DNA of 64,000 nt from a virus (taxonomy: Duplodnaviria > Heunggongvirae > Uroviricota > Caudoviricetes), in IMG/VR virus record IMGVR_UViG_2585427970_000001; one strand, 5' to 3'. Under the pieces are notes generated by a model. The model made no database searches, was not told where the DNA came from, and saw only the letters and a list, made by a program, of their open reading frames with translations. Position 1 is the first letter of the stretch. Every line of letters starts with the position of its first letter. Both the position numbers and the translations under genes were made by a program. This document shows, piece after piece, positions 44,087 to 55,255 of the stretch.

Positions 44087-44195
44087 TTTTTTTGCCCTTT
44101 AGATTGAACTTTTCAGTAGAAAAGAAGTCACTGCGGACAAATGTTTATCTTTTTTGGATTCGTGTTTCAAGTTTTGCAAATAAAAATCAAGGTAT

Positions 44196-44217
44196 TTTTG
44201 TGATCAAAATCACAAAT
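44196..44217. promoter_or_regulatory. Candidate CRP binding site (perfect TGTGA-N6-TCACA) about 113 bp upstream of the porin start
   Basis: TGTGATCAAAATCACA at 44199-44214 within a 740-bp AT-rich leader. Confidence 0.5.
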
Positions 44218-44827
44218 AATAGCCTTGAAAACCCAATGGACTATTAGAAAAAACTCAATTCACAGAATAAAAATTGACAAAATAGATCAAAAAACAATCA
44301 AAAATAAGCACAAAAGACAAACAATTAAATTATCACAAAAATAATAACTGTCAAAAATAGATAGCCTGTTAATTAACAGGGCTTTAATGGATGTAGACTT
44401 GAAATCTACTTAAAAATTAGAATCAAATTAATTACTGCCGATTGGGTATTAAATTGAATCTATATTGTGAGAGTTAAAGACGATGTGTTTTAGTTATAAA
44501 TGTTATTCCCTAAAATGGAGCGGTCTCATCGAATCCTGATTAATAACGAGCTAAGCTAATTCATTTTAGTATGTGTATATCTTTACCCTCTGAATATGCA
44601 ATAAAGAAGAGATATTAAACAATATGTAGCTTCAGGATTGACTCTGGAAGAATTAAAAGATCGACTAAAGTGTTCAATATGTGGTGAGCGAAACGCAAAA
44701 ATTAATTTTTTTTGATCTAACATATTAGGTAACGGCTTGCTTCCATAACCTAAAGCAAGCCACTACGCGTTTACTTTAAGTACACAATTAACATATCAGA
44801 ACAGATTATTTTTGCACAATCAGGGAG

Positions 44828-45139
44828 TTAATATACGATCTGGTCTACATGATCACCAAAATCATCATCGTCGTCGTCATCATCGCCACCATCTACTGCT
44901 GGCCAATCAACAAACCAGCCAGCGTAAAGATGCAGCGTTCGGAGAACATCACTTGCGGGAGCATCAAGGGTGTTAACGAATCCCATATAGCTATTGGGAT
45001 TTGCCCCAGCTATGGCTTCAGCGATCATGTCCTCGGTAATGTCACCGGAGATAATGCTTAAACGCCCGGAAACTTCTTCATTATCATCAAATTCGATAAT
45101 GGCATCTCCGCCTAATGGCGCTGCGATTTTAATCTGCAT
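44828..45139 (-). CDS. IddB-like small acidic protein (dar operon, by position)
   Basis: 103 aa with C-terminal poly-Asp tract; overlaps the ddrB stop. Confidence 0.4.
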   Translation of the reverse strand: MQIKIAAPLGGDAIIEFDDNEEVSGRLSIISGDITEDMIAEAIAGANPNSYMGFVNTLDAPASDVLRTLHLYAGWFVDWPAVDGGDDDDDDDDFGDHVDQIVY

Positions 45140-48116
45140 TATTTAGCTCCTTTGCCACACCTAATAACAGTTCCAGCAATCCGTCACCATTCATCAGTGA
45201 TGCGGCAGCGGCCTCTTTGTCATGATACAACTGAAGAGCCATAGAGAATACTTCCGTTGCTGACGTTTTGGAAATAGTCGGTGATTTCTGCCGAATTTTC
45301 CCGGAGTTACTCACTGAGGCTGGCGGGTATACCTTCGCCATATAAATATTACTCAATCGAGATCTGAAGCACCATTCAGGCTTGCCACGCCCACCGATAT
45401 TAACGAAAGATGGCTTATCCCCTTCAACATTGGCCTTCAGGAATGACCGGGCTTTCTCTAACAAACCAGGGTTACTGTACTCAAGATGATGACCCAGCTC
45501 GTGCCACAGTGCATTTGCATTTTCATCGTGCAAATCGACAGCAACAACACCATTAAGATTTGCATACGCCCTACCCTTGTGGTGAATTACCCTTGATAAG
45601 GTTGATATTTTCCCGCCGGTCAGGCGATAAATATCAGCAAGTTCCTTGCGCAGGTCTATTCCACCATTCTGTCCAGCGCGGGCTTCTTCCACTTCTTCCG
45701 TGATAAAAGAGTCGGCCCACTCAAGAGCTTTTTCTTCTGATACAGATGAGTTGGCGATCGCACTGTTCATGGCAGATAACACTTTCTCGTAGACCGAATC
45801 CATACTTCGCTGATTCATTTGCCAGCGTGTCTGCGGGTTATATGAGAATCGCTTAAGTAGTTGGTCAAGCTGCTCAAGTTCTTCTTCACTGACATACTTT
45901 TTAGCCTCACCAATAATGCCAGGGAGAATATTGCCGTTAGGATTAAACGCTCGCGAAAGGAAGAGTTTCAGCGCCCCCATGCCCTCCGATGCTTCAATAT
46001 CACCAATAACCCGGTTAACAATGGCCGCACTCTTCGGATTAGCATCCGCCAACGCTCTGGCTACGATTTGCAGGGACGATACGACCTCACGCTGCATATC
46101 AGTCCTGATCTCATCAATAAACTCTGGCGTTATGCCGTGCTCTTTAAGGATATCCCGGCCTTCCGCCGTTACCCCATCGATATCACCGACATGTTTATTA
46201 ACACGACTTTGCAATGCCTTAAATGCCTTCAGAATTCCACGGGAATCATCCGCTTTACTAACGGCCTTCCTGAATGCTGGCAAGAAGTCTGAGTTAACCT
46301 CATTTTGTTGATCGGCCCACTGAATGGAGGCTTCTTTCATCTCGTCCAGAGTCAGATCACCCAACGCGGTATGGTCTGTGAATATGAGCGACAACCTCTG
46401 AACCATTTCTGCCAATGGTGATGCCGAATGCGCCGCGCTAAGGAATGCTTTCACCCTGGTTGGGCGAATGGAAAACCAGTCAATAGCTGGTGGCATATCT
46501 CCGTTTTGTATCGCCTGCGCTATCTCATCAAAGCCATCGCGCCCAAGGGAAGATGCGTGATTTAACAATCCGCGAAGTAACGAATTGCTGATACCGAATA
46601 ATCGGCACCATTTATTCACGTCGGCAACAGGCATTCGAACAAAATGCGCAAGCACTTGTACAAGCTGTTCATCCTGGGGATCTGTACGGGAAAGCAGCCT
46701 GATCAGATGAATAATGTCTTTGATGCCGGATGCCCGATGTAATAGCAAGCTGGTATATGGAGCAACACCGTTGTAACTACCGCCGGAAGCTGACTCGAAA
46801 AGACCGCCGGATATCCCTTGCATACCTTCGTTTTCCAGTTCCTGAGATACCTGGCGAAGGATATCCTGTAACGACACATCGCCGCCGCCAAACATATCCC
46901 CGAGCGCCTGGCCCTGATGCTGTAACTCATCATTGATACGTTGCGCCATCAATTTAAAGGCGGTGGCCATACGCTTCGCGCTACGGTTATTCGCGACGAT
47001 GAACAACGCGAGTGCTTTCACTTCCGGGGCCGTTTCGCTGAACATATCCCCCTGAGCAATAACATCGGTAATATGCTGGCCTGACTCCTTCGATTGCCTT
47101 ACCAGGTCTACCGCATCTTTCAATGCCGCCAGCGCCTTTTTATCGAGGCTATCCGCTGTCTCAATGCCATCAACAATAGTTGTCACAGCCTGCTTGTGCG
47201 CTTCTCCTGATAAAGCCTGCATCTGGACAAAATCATTGGCTGCCGCATTAAGCGCCGTCAGAACATTACGCATATCCGGATCAGGTTCTTCTGCAACCAT
47301 CCTTACTAGGCGCGCATCCTTATATGCCTTGGCAAAGATCGCGTTTTGTATACGGTCTACAAGTTGCCGTGTTGGTCGCCCATCTTCAGTTACAAGGCCA
47401 GCCGCCTGTGTGGCACCAACTTGCGTCATAAATCCGCGAATAAACGCGTCATTACTGCGGCTAAGCAGATCTCCGCTTTCTGACGGATTAAACAGCGCCA
47501 TCATCGCCGGTGTTATGCTGTCGGCATCAACAAAAGCCTTTTCACTGGCTGCCATTTCCTGAAGATCAGAAATATTTGAGTCCTTGGCAAACTGAACGCG
47601 GTCAACCTTCGTTAACCGGCGGCGCACCAGTACCGGAGCCGTCATTGATTCAACCTTTTCAGTACGTATGCCGAATTCGGTCGCATGTTCAATCAGGTAC
47701 TCCCGATACCGATCCGCATTACCGTCCTGATAGGCTTTAATGATCCCCATGGTACGTCCATTACCTGACTCAACTGCATTGTCCTCACCAATTATCGGTG
47801 CGCCATGGCTGGATAATCCGGAATCGGTAAGCTGAGCAGGCCGCAAATCTTTGGATATCTGGTTAACCTGAAGAAGGCTGGATGCGCGGGTCCGGTCGCG
47901 CGGCTGAAGTTCCTGGGGATAGTCAGGATTAATTTTCCCATCCAGAGTATTGGATACCAAAATAGCTGAGGCATCGACGATATCAAACGCTGTTTTTACC
48001 TCGTCTCCCTTCGCTGTCACCACATACGAAACCCGCCCATAATCGGGCAGGTTCTTTAGCAGCTCGATCAGCGTTTCTATGCTGGTGGCCATTACCACCT
48101 GATCGCTTAAGCTCAT
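45129..48116 (-). CDS. ddrB: DdrB-like large Dar-operon protein
   Basis: 995-aa ORF following darA-ddrA on the same strand (P1 dar operon order). Confidence 0.55.
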   Translation of the reverse strand: MSLSDQVVMATSIETLIELLKNLPDYGRVSYVVTAKGDEVKTAFDIVDASAILVSNTLDGKINPDYPQELQPRDRTRASSLLQVNQISKDLRPAQLTDSGLSSHGAPIIGEDNAVESGNGRTMGIIKAYQDGNADRYREYLIEHATEFGIRTEKVESMTAPVLVRRRLTKVDRVQFAKDSNISDLQEMAASEKAFVDADSITPAMMALFNPSESGDLLSRSNDAFIRGFMTQVGATQAAGLVTEDGRPTRQLVDRIQNAIFAKAYKDARLVRMVAEEPDPDMRNVLTALNAAANDFVQMQALSGEAHKQAVTTIVDGIETADSLDKKALAALKDAVDLVRQSKESGQHITDVIAQGDMFSETAPEVKALALFIVANNRSAKRMATAFKLMAQRINDELQHQGQALGDMFGGGDVSLQDILRQVSQELENEGMQGISGGLFESASGGSYNGVAPYTSLLLHRASGIKDIIHLIRLLSRTDPQDEQLVQVLAHFVRMPVADVNKWCRLFGISNSLLRGLLNHASSLGRDGFDEIAQAIQNGDMPPAIDWFSIRPTRVKAFLSAAHSASPLAEMVQRLSLIFTDHTALGDLTLDEMKEASIQWADQQNEVNSDFLPAFRKAVSKADDSRGILKAFKALQSRVNKHVGDIDGVTAEGRDILKEHGITPEFIDEIRTDMQREVVSSLQIVARALADANPKSAAIVNRVIGDIEASEGMGALKLFLSRAFNPNGNILPGIIGEAKKYVSEEELEQLDQLLKRFSYNPQTRWQMNQRSMDSVYEKVLSAMNSAIANSSVSEEKALEWADSFITEEVEEARAGQNGGIDLRKELADIYRLTGGKISTLSRVIHHKGRAYANLNGVVAVDLHDENANALWHELGHHLEYSNPGLLEKARSFLKANVEGDKPSFVNIGGRGKPEWCFRSRLSNIYMAKVYPPASVSNSGKIRQKSPTISKTSATEVFSMALQLYHDKEAAAASLMNGDGLLELLLGVAKELNNAD

Positions 48117-48125
48117 CCCTGTTAC

Positions 48126-49466
48126 GCCTTATCCAATGTGCCGCCCCCTACGCTCCTCATAGTGGGGATATAAGGCACAGTTTTCCTCCCGGCTATTTTT
48201 GCTTAAAATAGTGACATGAAACAACAGGTGTCATTCAAATTCCGGTTAAAACCAGATGGTCAACAGGAGCGTCAAATGAGGCGCTTTGCCGGAGCTTGTC
48301 GTTTCGTTTTCAACCGTGCTCTGGCGCTTCAGAATGAGAATCATGAGGCCGGTAAAAAATACATCCCTTACACGAAAATGGCTTCCTGGTTGGTTGAGTG
48401 GAAAAAAGACACTGAAACCGAATGGCTTAAAGATTCTCCCTCACAGCCATTGCAACAGTCACTGAAAGACCTTGAGCGGGCTTACAAAAACTTCTTCCGG
48501 AAGCGGGCAGCTTTTCCCCGATTCAAAAAGCGGGGACAGAATGATGCATTCCGCTACCCGCAGGGTGTTAAGCTCGATCAGGAAAACAGCCGTATTTTTC
48601 TGCCGAAACTTGGCTGGATGCGCTACCGGAATAGCCGTCAGGTCACGGGTATTGTGAAAAATGTTACTGTCAGCCAGTCCTGCGGTAAGTGGTACATCAG
48701 TATTCAGACAGAAAGAGAGGTATCCACTCCTGTTCACCCTTCAGCATCAATGGTCGGACTGGATGCTGGCGTGGCTAAACTCGCCACGCTGTCAGATGGC
48801 ACAGTCTTTGAACCTGTAAATAGTTTTCAGAAAAACCAGAAGAAGCTGGCGAGACTTCAGCGACAGTTAAGCCGCAAGGTCAAATTCAGCAACAACTGGC
48901 AGAAGCAGAAACGCAAAATACAGCGACTGCATTCCCGTATCGCAAATATCCGCAGGGACTACCTTCACAAAGTCACAACGACCGTCAGCAAAAACCACGC
49001 AATGATTGTCATTGAGGATTTGAAGGTTAAATACATGTCAAAGTCAGCGGCGGGAACGATAAGTCATCCGGGTCGCAATGTCCGGGCAAAATCAGGTTTA
49101 AACCGTTCGATACTGGATCAGGGCTGGTATGAAATGCGCCGCCAGCTTGAGTACAAGCAGCTCTGGCGTGGCGGTCAGGTGCTTGCTGTTCCGCCAGCGT
49201 ACACAAGCCAGCGTTGCGCGTGCTGTGGTCATACAGCGAAAGAAAATCGCCTGTCACAAAGTAAATTCAGATGCCAGGTATGTGGATATACAGCGAACGC
49301 CGATGTAAACGGCGCTCGTAACATTTTAGCGGCGGGGCACGCCGTACTTGCCTGTGGAGGGATGGTGCAGTCAGGCCGCCCGTTGAAGCAGGAACCCACC
49401 GAAATGATTCAGGCGACAGCCTGAACGTAGCAGGAATCCACGCCCTTCGGGGCGTGGAGGATGTCA
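48126..49466 (+). mobile_element. IS200/IS605-family element, tnpB-only, copy 2 (inverted relative to copy 1); boundaries approximate
   Basis: Left end follows TTAC at 48122-48125; right end ...GGAGGATGTCA overlaps the ddrA stop codon; inserted between ddrB and ddrA. Confidence 0.75.
48216..49424 (+). CDS. tnpB: TnpB (OrfB_IS605) RNA-guided nuclease homologue
   Basis: 402 aa, near-identical to copy 1; same Zn-finger and RuvC-like motifs. Confidence 0.9.
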   Translation: MKQQVSFKFRLKPDGQQERQMRRFAGACRFVFNRALALQNENHEAGKKYIPYTKMASWLVEWKKDTETEWLKDSPSQPLQQSLKDLERAYKNFFRKRAAFPRFKKRGQNDAFRYPQGVKLDQENSRIFLPKLGWMRYRNSRQVTGIVKNVTVSQSCGKWYISIQTEREVSTPVHPSASMVGLDAGVAKLATLSDGTVFEPVNSFQKNQKKLARLQRQLSRKVKFSNNWQKQKRKIQRLHSRIANIRRDYLHKVTTTVSKNHAMIVIEDLKVKYMSKSAAGTISHPGRNVRAKSGLNRSILDQGWYEMRRQLEYKQLWRGGQVLAVPPAYTSQRCACCGHTAKENRLSQSKFRCQVCGYTANADVNGARNILAAGHAVLACGGMVQSGRPLKQEPTEMIQATA

Positions 49467-49829
49467 CGCTGCCTCTTTAATGTTGGCGGCTATCCATGCC
49501 GCCGTGTGCTGTTTAACCTGGTCCAGGTCGATGTATGTGCCAACATATTGACTCAAGTCCTGTAACGTACCGATAAATGCATCAGTGCTCTGATCGACGA
49601 ATTTATCAGCCAGGAAATCAGCAACCAGTTTTGGCACACCATCATGTACCGAAGGTTGTTTTTCCTCGCCACTACTGCCGCCGGACGCGCCGTACCCCAT
49701 CTGTTGCATGATCTGGTCAATTTCATCGCTGATATCCAGCAACTCCATGCCACTCGCGGTAGCCGCTTTGGACATCAGAGCATCCAACTTATCGCTGAGG
49801 TCCATTAACTCAATAGCTGATAGTGTCAT
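49464..49829 (-). CDS. ddrA: DdrA-like protein
   Basis: 121-aa acidic ORF overlapping the darA stop. Confidence 0.5.
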   Translation of the reverse strand: MTLSAIELMDLSDKLDALMSKAATASGMELLDISDEIDQIMQQMGYGASGGSSGEEKQPSVHDGVPKLVADFLADKFVDQSTDAFIGTLQDLSQYVGTYIDLDQVKQHTAAWIAANIKEAA

Positions 49830-51745
49830 GCCGCTACCCCCGCTTTCTGGATTGCTACCAGCAGATCAGCCAGGTGGCGAGCAGCACCGTTAACCAGCTC
49901 TTCGTTTTCCTCAAAACGTCCGGCAGCCTGAAGGGCAGCAATCGCTTCCCGGACATTGCCCCGGGCGTTACGGATCTCCGCCATGTCAGTGCTTTGCATA
50001 TCCATCACGCTATTGAGATATTCAATGGCTTTATTAGCCTCTGCATCTGCTTCGCTAACCGTTTCATCAGGCTGTGCCGGGACCGGTTCTGGTTGAGTAA
50101 TCTCACCGACTTCGGCCTGCAATGCATTGATCATGCTCTGCACCATTTTCTCGATGCCAGCGCCCCCAGGAAACGCAATATTGGGGAAAGTTTTTTGAAA
50201 CTGAGTTTTCAGCATTACGCGGAACTCGTCTGGTGAGCTGGTGGCCAGCTCCAGAGCTTTTTGTGCATATTTGCCAAACGGACCATTAGTAAGTGTCTTC
50301 GCCAGGAAGTCGAAAGAATCCTCGCGAGGCAATAACTTCAGGTCGTACTCACTCATTTGCTGATCAGAAAGCGGGGTATCGTAAGTAACAATGCCGTAGC
50401 GTGCATATTCATAATACGGGTCACCTTCATCAGGGCGCGGCAGAATTGCTTTGTTACCTTCAGGTATTGCGCCAGGGGCCGCCGGACGCATTTGCAGGGC
50501 ATATCGATATGCACCTACAGAGACTTCTGGTTCAGGCAAAGAGCTACCGGTATCCTCCGCTGATTCAGGTTCGACGTTTTCCGGTTTATGTTCTTCTGGT
50601 TGGACCAGATATTCCGATACATTACCCGCTTTATAGGCTTTAAACAGCTTGCCGATCGCATCTGCCATGTCCACACCCTGTATGGATTTAGCCTTGATCA
50701 TGTACACGCTGCCATCCGAATCGGTTAACTGGATATACCCTTCGCCGTCCTCAATGAATTGCTTCATTGATGCACCATTACTGAGCGTCACTTCCCCGTT
50801 CATATGCATACGATTTTTGATACTGGCAAGGCGATCCGTCAGCGCGCGAGAGTACCCACCAGTCATCCCCGCAGGAGCAATGGTATCGCGCCCACCAGTG
50901 CGATTGAGCTGATCAATCTCCGTCTGCAAACGCTCATTCTCTTCATAAAGAGAATCCGCTTCCGATGCAACAGCGTTAATTTTCTGCTCCAGATCTGCCT
51001 TCTGCCCTTCTACCGCTGCCACCTGATCCGCGAGGTCGCTCATGGCATCCTCTTTCTGGTCACTGTCAGCCTGTAGTTGGGTTATTTCATCAACAAGGGC
51101 TTTTTTCTTCTTCTGCGCACGCTGGAATTTTGCCGAGTTTTTCTCTGCAAGGTTGGCAAGTTTCATGGTGACCTGCGCCAGCGTCATATCACGTCCACTC
51201 ATCGGAGCAACGGTGTGAGTAACGTCTTTTTTATTCAGTAAGAACTGGAAAGCAACCAGCGTATCGCTATTGGTGATCCGGTTTTCCGCTGTCGGGCTAT
51301 GAAACAGAATGCTGATAGTCTGACCATCACTGAGCGGAATAATGGCTGGCAGGACCGGCAGCCCGTTAACGTTACGTGCCCGACCAATTTCAGCGCCGCC
51401 GATCGCGCGCGCGCCGCTCTGGGCCACATCGCCCGTTTTATCACTCCCCGCAGAGATTCCGGTACCATTCAGCTTCTGGTTCAATGCCCGGACAAATGCC
51501 TGCATGGTCCGGTGTAACTGCAAACGAGTAGAACTAATCGCCTCCAGTAAATCCGTAGCACACCAGTGGATCGGCGTGTCATAGAAGAACGTAGCCTCGA
51601 TTTCCTCCAGGGTGTTGGATTCCGTCATCAGATAGCGGTCCTCACCGGCCATTAATGCGCGATATTCATCATCAGTCACTGGCGGGGGAAGCGCGTCAAG
51701 CCCAGGTTTGATCGTCACCCCTTTATTGATATTGAACTGTTCCAT
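49826..51745 (-). CDS. darA: DarA-like antirestriction / internal head protein
   Basis: 639 aa, the length of P1 DarA; coiled-coil-rich; in hdf-darA-ddrA-ddrB order. Confidence 0.75.
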   Translation of the reverse strand: MEQFNINKGVTIKPGLDALPPPVTDDEYRALMAGEDRYLMTESNTLEEIEATFFYDTPIHWCATDLLEAISSTRLQLHRTMQAFVRALNQKLNGTGISAGSDKTGDVAQSGARAIGGAEIGRARNVNGLPVLPAIIPLSDGQTISILFHSPTAENRITNSDTLVAFQFLLNKKDVTHTVAPMSGRDMTLAQVTMKLANLAEKNSAKFQRAQKKKKALVDEITQLQADSDQKEDAMSDLADQVAAVEGQKADLEQKINAVASEADSLYEENERLQTEIDQLNRTGGRDTIAPAGMTGGYSRALTDRLASIKNRMHMNGEVTLSNGASMKQFIEDGEGYIQLTDSDGSVYMIKAKSIQGVDMADAIGKLFKAYKAGNVSEYLVQPEEHKPENVEPESAEDTGSSLPEPEVSVGAYRYALQMRPAAPGAIPEGNKAILPRPDEGDPYYEYARYGIVTYDTPLSDQQMSEYDLKLLPREDSFDFLAKTLTNGPFGKYAQKALELATSSPDEFRVMLKTQFQKTFPNIAFPGGAGIEKMVQSMINALQAEVGEITQPEPVPAQPDETVSEADAEANKAIEYLNSVMDMQSTDMAEIRNARGNVREAIAALQAAGRFEENEELVNGAARHLADLLVAIQKAGVAA

Positions 51746-51746
51746 G

Positions 51747-52358
51747 TTAATTTCCTGCTTTCAGTTGCTTAAGACGGCGTTTGAGTTCGCCATTTCGGGC
51801 CTTTTCGTTATTGAGTCGGCCTGTCTCCTTATCCAGCTTCGCCCGCAAATCAGTGATCTGCTGTTGATTGAAAGACACCGAGTTCTGCGCTGATTTATAA
51901 GCGGCAACCACCTGAACATTCCGCTGTTTTGCCTCTTGCAGGCGCTGAAAGTTGGATTTTACTGCCGGTTTCTTGTCTACCGGATTGGCAACACGTTTCG
52001 CTTTGGCGATCAGTGATTTCTGGAATTTTGCGGAGTTTTTGCGGGCCGCTTGCCCCATGACGGTACCAAGCGTCTTGATATCCGGCGACTGAGCGTTAGG
52101 AATAGCTTTTCCATTCAGCTTCACAGACGATATATCGCCAGTATCGTTTACCTGTATGGCAAGAATTTGTCCATCGTTAAGAACCAGCTTTGCGGTTTTA
52201 ACTTTAACGCCATCTTTCGTTGTTGCGCGGTTGCTGGAGTCAACCTCAATTACCGTAACACCGGTTTTATTGATCGCCGCGATAAGGGATTTCAGCCCCT
52301 TTTCATTAACCTGGTCAAAATCGACCGTTGCATACTTATTTTTCGTCATCTGACACAT
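51747..52358 (-). CDS. hdf: Hdf-like protein (head morphogenesis / Dar assembly)
   Basis: About 200-aa ORF immediately upstream of darA; named by synteny. Confidence 0.45.
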   Translation of the reverse strand: MCQMTKNKYATVDFDQVNEKGLKSLIAAINKTGVTVIEVDSSNRATTKDGVKVKTAKLVLNDGQILAIQVNDTGDISSVKLNGKAIPNAQSPDIKTLGTVMGQAARKNSAKFQKSLIAKAKRVANPVDKKPAVKSNFQRLQEAKQRNVQVVAAYKSAQNSVSFNQQQITDLRAKLDKETGRLNNEKARNGELKRRLKQLKAGN

Positions 52359-52779
52359 CCTGTGCGAGATTTATTACGTAACTTCTGCGGATTTGCTGAG
52401 TAACAGGGAAAATCCGATACAACGGGTTAATGAACGAGTCGCCATGCGTAACCATGACGTTGAAATGCCACAGTCGCTCTCCTTTACCCATATATTCAGT
52501 GGGTATGTACAACCATTCACTGTTTTCGCCCTGTTCAGCCGACGTCAAACAACGTTGTTCGCCTTCAATCACTGTCGTCGGCTTCTGAACATCGCGGATC
52601 CAATATCTGACCGTTGCGCCGCGCAAAAACGGGAATTTAGACCGGTATTTGAACGGCACCCGGATGAAACCCGGTTTAATTTCCACATCACCAAGTTCTA
52701 AATGCGTGATGTCCTTGCGTTTTAGCAAATAGCGATCGGCTAAGGCTAACGCAAGAACGCATACACCCCAGCCAATCAT
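52336..52779 (-). CDS. LydB-like antiholin (by position)
   Basis: 147-aa ORF downstream of the holin-like gene. Confidence 0.4.
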   Translation of the reverse strand: MIGWGVCVLALALADRYLLKRKDITHLELGDVEIKPGFIRVPFKYRSKFPFLRGATVRYWIRDVQKPTTVIEGEQRCLTSAEQGENSEWLYIPTEYMGKGERLWHFNVMVTHGDSFINPLYRIFPVTQQIRRSYVINLAQDVSDDEK

Positions 52780-53105
52780 TTCCCGCCTCCCTTTTTCACC
52801 AAACTTGTAAGAACATTCAGAATGCTATCGATATTCACTCGTTTCATCCCTGAAATCACCTCATGACCGTTATTGCTGGCTATCGTTACCATTAAGTACG
52901 TAATTGATAACTCCCAGCCCTCGTGTTGCCCCAATAGGTACGCCACCGCGCCAGCTGTCACTGCAACAAAGATCTCCGTAACCAATCCCAACAAATTGCC
53001 AGACTGGCGACCGTCTCGGACATCCATCAGGAACGTGCCTATCCCACCAATTACTGAAAGCAGGAGCGCAATAGCAACTGGAGCTAATTCCTGTGTGTCA
53101 AGCAC
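52776..53105 (-). CDS. Holin (LydA-like), multi-TM small membrane protein
   Basis: 109 aa with hydrophobic segments (PVAIALLLSVIGGIGTFL..., IFVAVTAGAVAYLLG...) and a charged C-terminus. Confidence 0.55.
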   Translation of the reverse strand: MLDTQELAPVAIALLLSVIGGIGTFLMDVRDGRQSGNLLGLVTEIFVAVTAGAVAYLLGQHEGWELSITYLMVTIASNNGHEVISGMKRVNIDSILNVLTSLVKKGGGK

Positions 53106-53172
53106 AAGTTCCCTCCTACGTTGTCAGGAGGTAATGGTATGCAAAGTAACTTCTCAACCGGTCATTTGTTGC

Positions 53173-53454
53173 TTAAGAGGCATTTCTATTGAGGTACGAA
53201 TCGATAATCCTTTGTAACCGTTCAAGAATGAGCCTGTTATTGATGCTGCAAATAATAGTCACGCAAGTCTGAAGACTTTCATCCATACCCTTATATTCCG
53301 CGAAATACATGCCTATAAAGCCTGCAAGTACGGCAGCAATACACTCGGCCAGCAATTGCCTGCATGACACTTCGTAACGTTTTTCACGAACCCCATTCAG
53401 AAACGAATGCACCCCGCCAAGGATGGAAAGGAGCATTATTGTGAAATCAAACAT
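53173..53454 (-). CDS. Second holin-like small membrane protein
   Basis: 93 aa with two hydrophobic helices; first gene of the leftward lysis/dar operon. Confidence 0.4.
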   Translation of the reverse strand: MFDFTIMLLSILGGVHSFLNGVREKRYEVSCRQLLAECIAAVLAGFIGMYFAEYKGMDESLQTCVTIICSINNRLILERLQRIIDSYLNRNAS

Positions 53455-53581
53455 AACTATTTCCTCAATAGTGAATTAAATATCATTGGGAAACGGTATG
53501 TACTTTGTGATTTCCACACATACTGGTTTTTGTTAATTAAAATCAGCAGCTTGCTATAAATAACGATAGTGAGCAGAAAAT

Positions 53582-54142
53582 ATGCTAATAGGCTATATAC
53601 GCGTATCAACAAATGAACAAAACACTGCTTTACAACGAAATGCCCTTGAAAGCGCAGGATGTGAGCTAATTTTTGAGGACAAGGCGAGCGGCAAAAAGGC
53701 TGAGCGCCCTGGGTTAAAAAAGGTACTCCGTATGCTTTCCAGAGGTGATACCCTGGTCGTATGGAAGTTAGACCGTCTTGGGCGCAGCATGCGTCACTTA
53801 GTTGTGCTGGTGGAAGAGCTGCGTGACAGAGGCATTAACTTCCGGAGTCTCACTGACTCCATCGACACCAGTACACCAATGGGGCGCTTTTTCTTTCACG
53901 TAATGGGGGCGCTGGCAGAAATGGAACGTGAGCTTATCGTTGAACGTACACGCGCTGGACTTGATGCAGCTCGCGCAGAAGGTCGTATAGGTGGGCGTCG
54001 ACCTAAATACCAAGAAGAAACATGGCAGCAAATGCGGCGATTGCTGGAGAAGGGCATCCCCCGTAAGCAGGTTGCAATCATCTATGATGTGGCTGTTTCC
54101 ACGCTTTATAAGAAGTTTCCGGCGTCATCCTTTCAATCCTAA
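53582..54142 (+). CDS. cin: Cin DNA invertase (serine recombinase, Hin/Gin family)
   Basis: 186 aa, MLIGYIRVSTNEQNTALQRNALESAGCELIFEDKASGKKAERPGL...; C-terminal HTH; adjacent to the cix site. Confidence 0.95.
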   Translation: MLIGYIRVSTNEQNTALQRNALESAGCELIFEDKASGKKAERPGLKKVLRMLSRGDTLVVWKLDRLGRSMRHLVVLVEELRDRGINFRSLTDSIDTSTPMGRFFFHVMGALAEMERELIVERTRAGLDAARAEGRIGGRRPKYQEETWQQMRRLLEKGIPRKQVAIIYDVAVSTLYKKFPASSFQS

Positions 54143-54159
54143 ACCTTGGTTTAAGAGAA
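54134..54159. other. cix crossover site (left) for Cin-mediated inversion
   Basis: CAATCCTAAACCTTGGTTTAAGAGAA, the inverted counterpart of the right site; Hin/Gin-type 26-bp dyad with AACC-TTGG core. Confidence 0.75.
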
Positions 54160-55254
54160 CTCGGTACCAGCGGTGAAAAGATCCCCCTGTTGAGTACGGC
54201 TAACACATGGAGTGCGCGCCAGACTTTCAACGGCGGGATCACCGGGGCGCTGACAGGGAACGCCGACACCGCGACGAAATTGAAAATAGCTCGAACAATC
54301 AACGGGGTGGGATTTGATGGTTCTACAGATATTACACTGACTCCTGAAAATCTTGGCTTGACGGATATCGTGTCTCAAGCTGGTAACGCCGTTCAGCGTT
54401 CCGGCGATAAAATGACCGGAGAACTGAAAATTGGTACGGTGAATGCGCTTCGGATATTTGATGAAGCATTCGGTCTTATTTTCCGTCGTTCAGAAGATTT
54501 TCTTCATTTCATTCCGACGGCTGAAGGACAAGGCGAAAACGGTGATATCGGCCCATTAAGGCCATTCGCTATAAATCTGAGAACAGGTGCTATATCTGTC
54601 AGCCACGGGGCCAAAATTGAAGGAGGTCTAGCTATTGGTGCTACTGATAACGCACTGGGTGAAAACTCCATTGTTCTGGGAGATAACGACACCGGATTTA
54701 GGCAAGATGGAGATGGTATTATTAGCTTCTATTCAAATGGTTCGCGCATCGGACATATTGATGAGTTAGGATTACATCTTTATAAAGATATTGAATCTAA
54801 TGGCAGCAATTTTAGATTAAAAAGTAATTACCGCCACCACATTACATTCGCCAACGAAGACGGAAGTATTCGTATGTTTTTATGGAAAGATAACGGTAGT
54901 GATGGTGTTCATATTAATAACGGTTCAGATGGTGGTGGTGATTTCATTTTTAAAACAGATGGGGGATTTGCGCTGGGAAGTGGTGCGCAAGTTGCGTCTA
55001 GTGGCGATATTTATGGTTCAGTGTGGGAAAACAACTGGTTAAGCACATGGCTGCATAATCATGTCGTTCGGGATATTCGTCTTGGCAGCATTGAATATAA
55101 AAACGTATGGCGCGACTACGGCTTTGGCGATGCGTCAGGTTATGTTTTAACAGCCGCAATTAACAGCAATGCGGATGATATTGTCGACACTGTTGCCAGA
55201 AGGCCAATTCAGAAATTGATTGGGGGAATATGGTACAACGTGGGGAGTGTTTAA
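54160..55254 (+). CDS. Sv' alternative tail-fibre variable segment (silent orientation, no own promoter or start)
   Basis: First 55 aa nearly identical to the S segment after the cix site ([31 protein letters not shown]...); divergent thereafter. Confidence 0.75.
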   Translation, partial: LGTSGEKIPLLSTANTWSARQTFNGGITGALTGNADTATKLKIARTINGVGFDGSTDITLTPENLGLTDIVSQAGNAVQRSGDKMTGELKIGTVNALRIFDEAFGLIFRRSEDFLHFIPTAEGQGENGDIGPLRPFAINLRTGAISVSHGAKIEGGLAIGATDNALGENSIVLGDNDTGFRQDGDGIISFYSNGSRIGHIDELGLHLYKDIESNGSNFRLKSNYRHHITFANEDGSIRMFLWKDNGSDGVHINNGSDGGGDFIFKTDGGFALGSGAQVASSGDIYGSVWENNWLSTWLHNHVVRDIRLGSIEYKNVWRDYGFGDASGYVLTAAINSNADDIVDTVARRPIQKLIGGIWYNVGSV

Positions 55255-55255
55255 G

